From IMG/VR virus record IMGVR_UViG_3300032397_000006, positions 32,001 through 96,000 of that record: DNA of 64,000 nucleotides, one strand, 5' to 3'. Made by a program: the position numbers and the translations under genes. Origin of the DNA: a virus. Numbering within the stretch: the stretch's first letter is position 1; each line of letters begins with the position of its first letter. Below, in pieces: positions 63,722 through 64,000 of this stretch. Under the pieces are notes generated by a model. It saw only the letters and a program-made list of their open reading frames with translations, did not search any database and was not told the DNA's origin.

Positions 63722-64000
63722 CTAGCGCGCAGGGGGGCCCGGAGGCAACACGGGACGCTCCGAATCTCCGGGCAGCGTGAGCAGCACGCCCTTGTGCTTC
63801 GCCCAGGCCTTGACCGCGATCCAGGCAAACAGCGAGGTCGCACCGCAGAACGTCCAGTAGACCGCGCTCACGATCCAGGCCCAGCCCTGGCCCTCAGGAT
63901 CACGCCAGAGCAGCGCGAGCACGAGGCCAGCCGCGATCGGATGCGCGGGTAGCGTCTCGCGGCCCCACCAGAAAAATCCGTGCAGCCACGCACCGCGCCC
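63722..64000 (-). CDS. membrane protein (holin-like), 5' end beyond the window
   Basis: Frame open to the edge; two hydrophobic segments; Pro-rich tail. Confidence 0.5.
   Translation of the reverse strand, partial: GRGAWLHGFFWWGRETLPAHPIAAGLVLALLWRDPEGQGWAWIVSAVYWTFCGATSLFAWIAVKAWAKHKGVLLTLPGDSERPVLPPGPPAR

Noticed and set aside
1-64000. tRNA/rRNA genes, reverse transcriptase (DGR or retron), stop-codon reassignment
   Set aside because: No cloverleaf or RT motifs were noticed, and long genes are intact and coupled under the standard code. A tRNA scan was not run.
1-64000. Apparent abundance of GATC, TCGA and CTCGAG palindromes
   Set aside because: Could simply reflect ATC/CTC/GAG codon usage; needs a Markov-corrected k-mer count that I cannot run.

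Overview
A 64-kb segment of a large, GC-rich tailed dsDNA phage, almost entirely encoded on the minus strand. The likely host is Myxococcota, inferred from a myxobacterial-type ECF sigma factor and a CarD/HMGA-like AT-hook protein. In transcription order (right to left) it holds: early-type small genes, each with its own repeated promoter/operator/RBS cassette (59-63.6 kb), plus putative lysis/membrane genes; a hairpin-dense non-coding region at 57 kb (candidate origin); a replication/recombination module (SF2 helicase, DnaB-like helicase, primase, family A DNA polymerase, UvsY-like protein, SSB, RecA with a class 3 mini-intein, single-chain SbcD-SbcC, RuvC); terminase; an accessory region with methyltransferases, MazG, a Tad1 homologue and paralogous putative sponge proteins; a ~13-kb cluster of multi-domain proteins just upstream of the portal; and a second promoter-cassette cluster with nucleotide hydrolases. 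Most striking: five proteins carry 13 copies of a ~25-aa tag (phi-x-K-[A/S]...E-x-x-G-H-K-Y-x-x-R-x-P-D-G-K-G-G-W-x-Y-x-Y). The tag heads a different module each time: kinase-like pair, ADP-ribosyltransferase-like, SAM-lyase-like, DarA_C plus inorganic pyrophosphatase, zeta-like kinases. This suggests a protease-processed, capsid-loaded, shuffle-able anti-host cargo system. No tRNA, rRNA, CRISPR array or integrase was seen, and no major capsid or clear tail genes were recognised in this window. All family assignments are from motif recognition by eye, not database searches.
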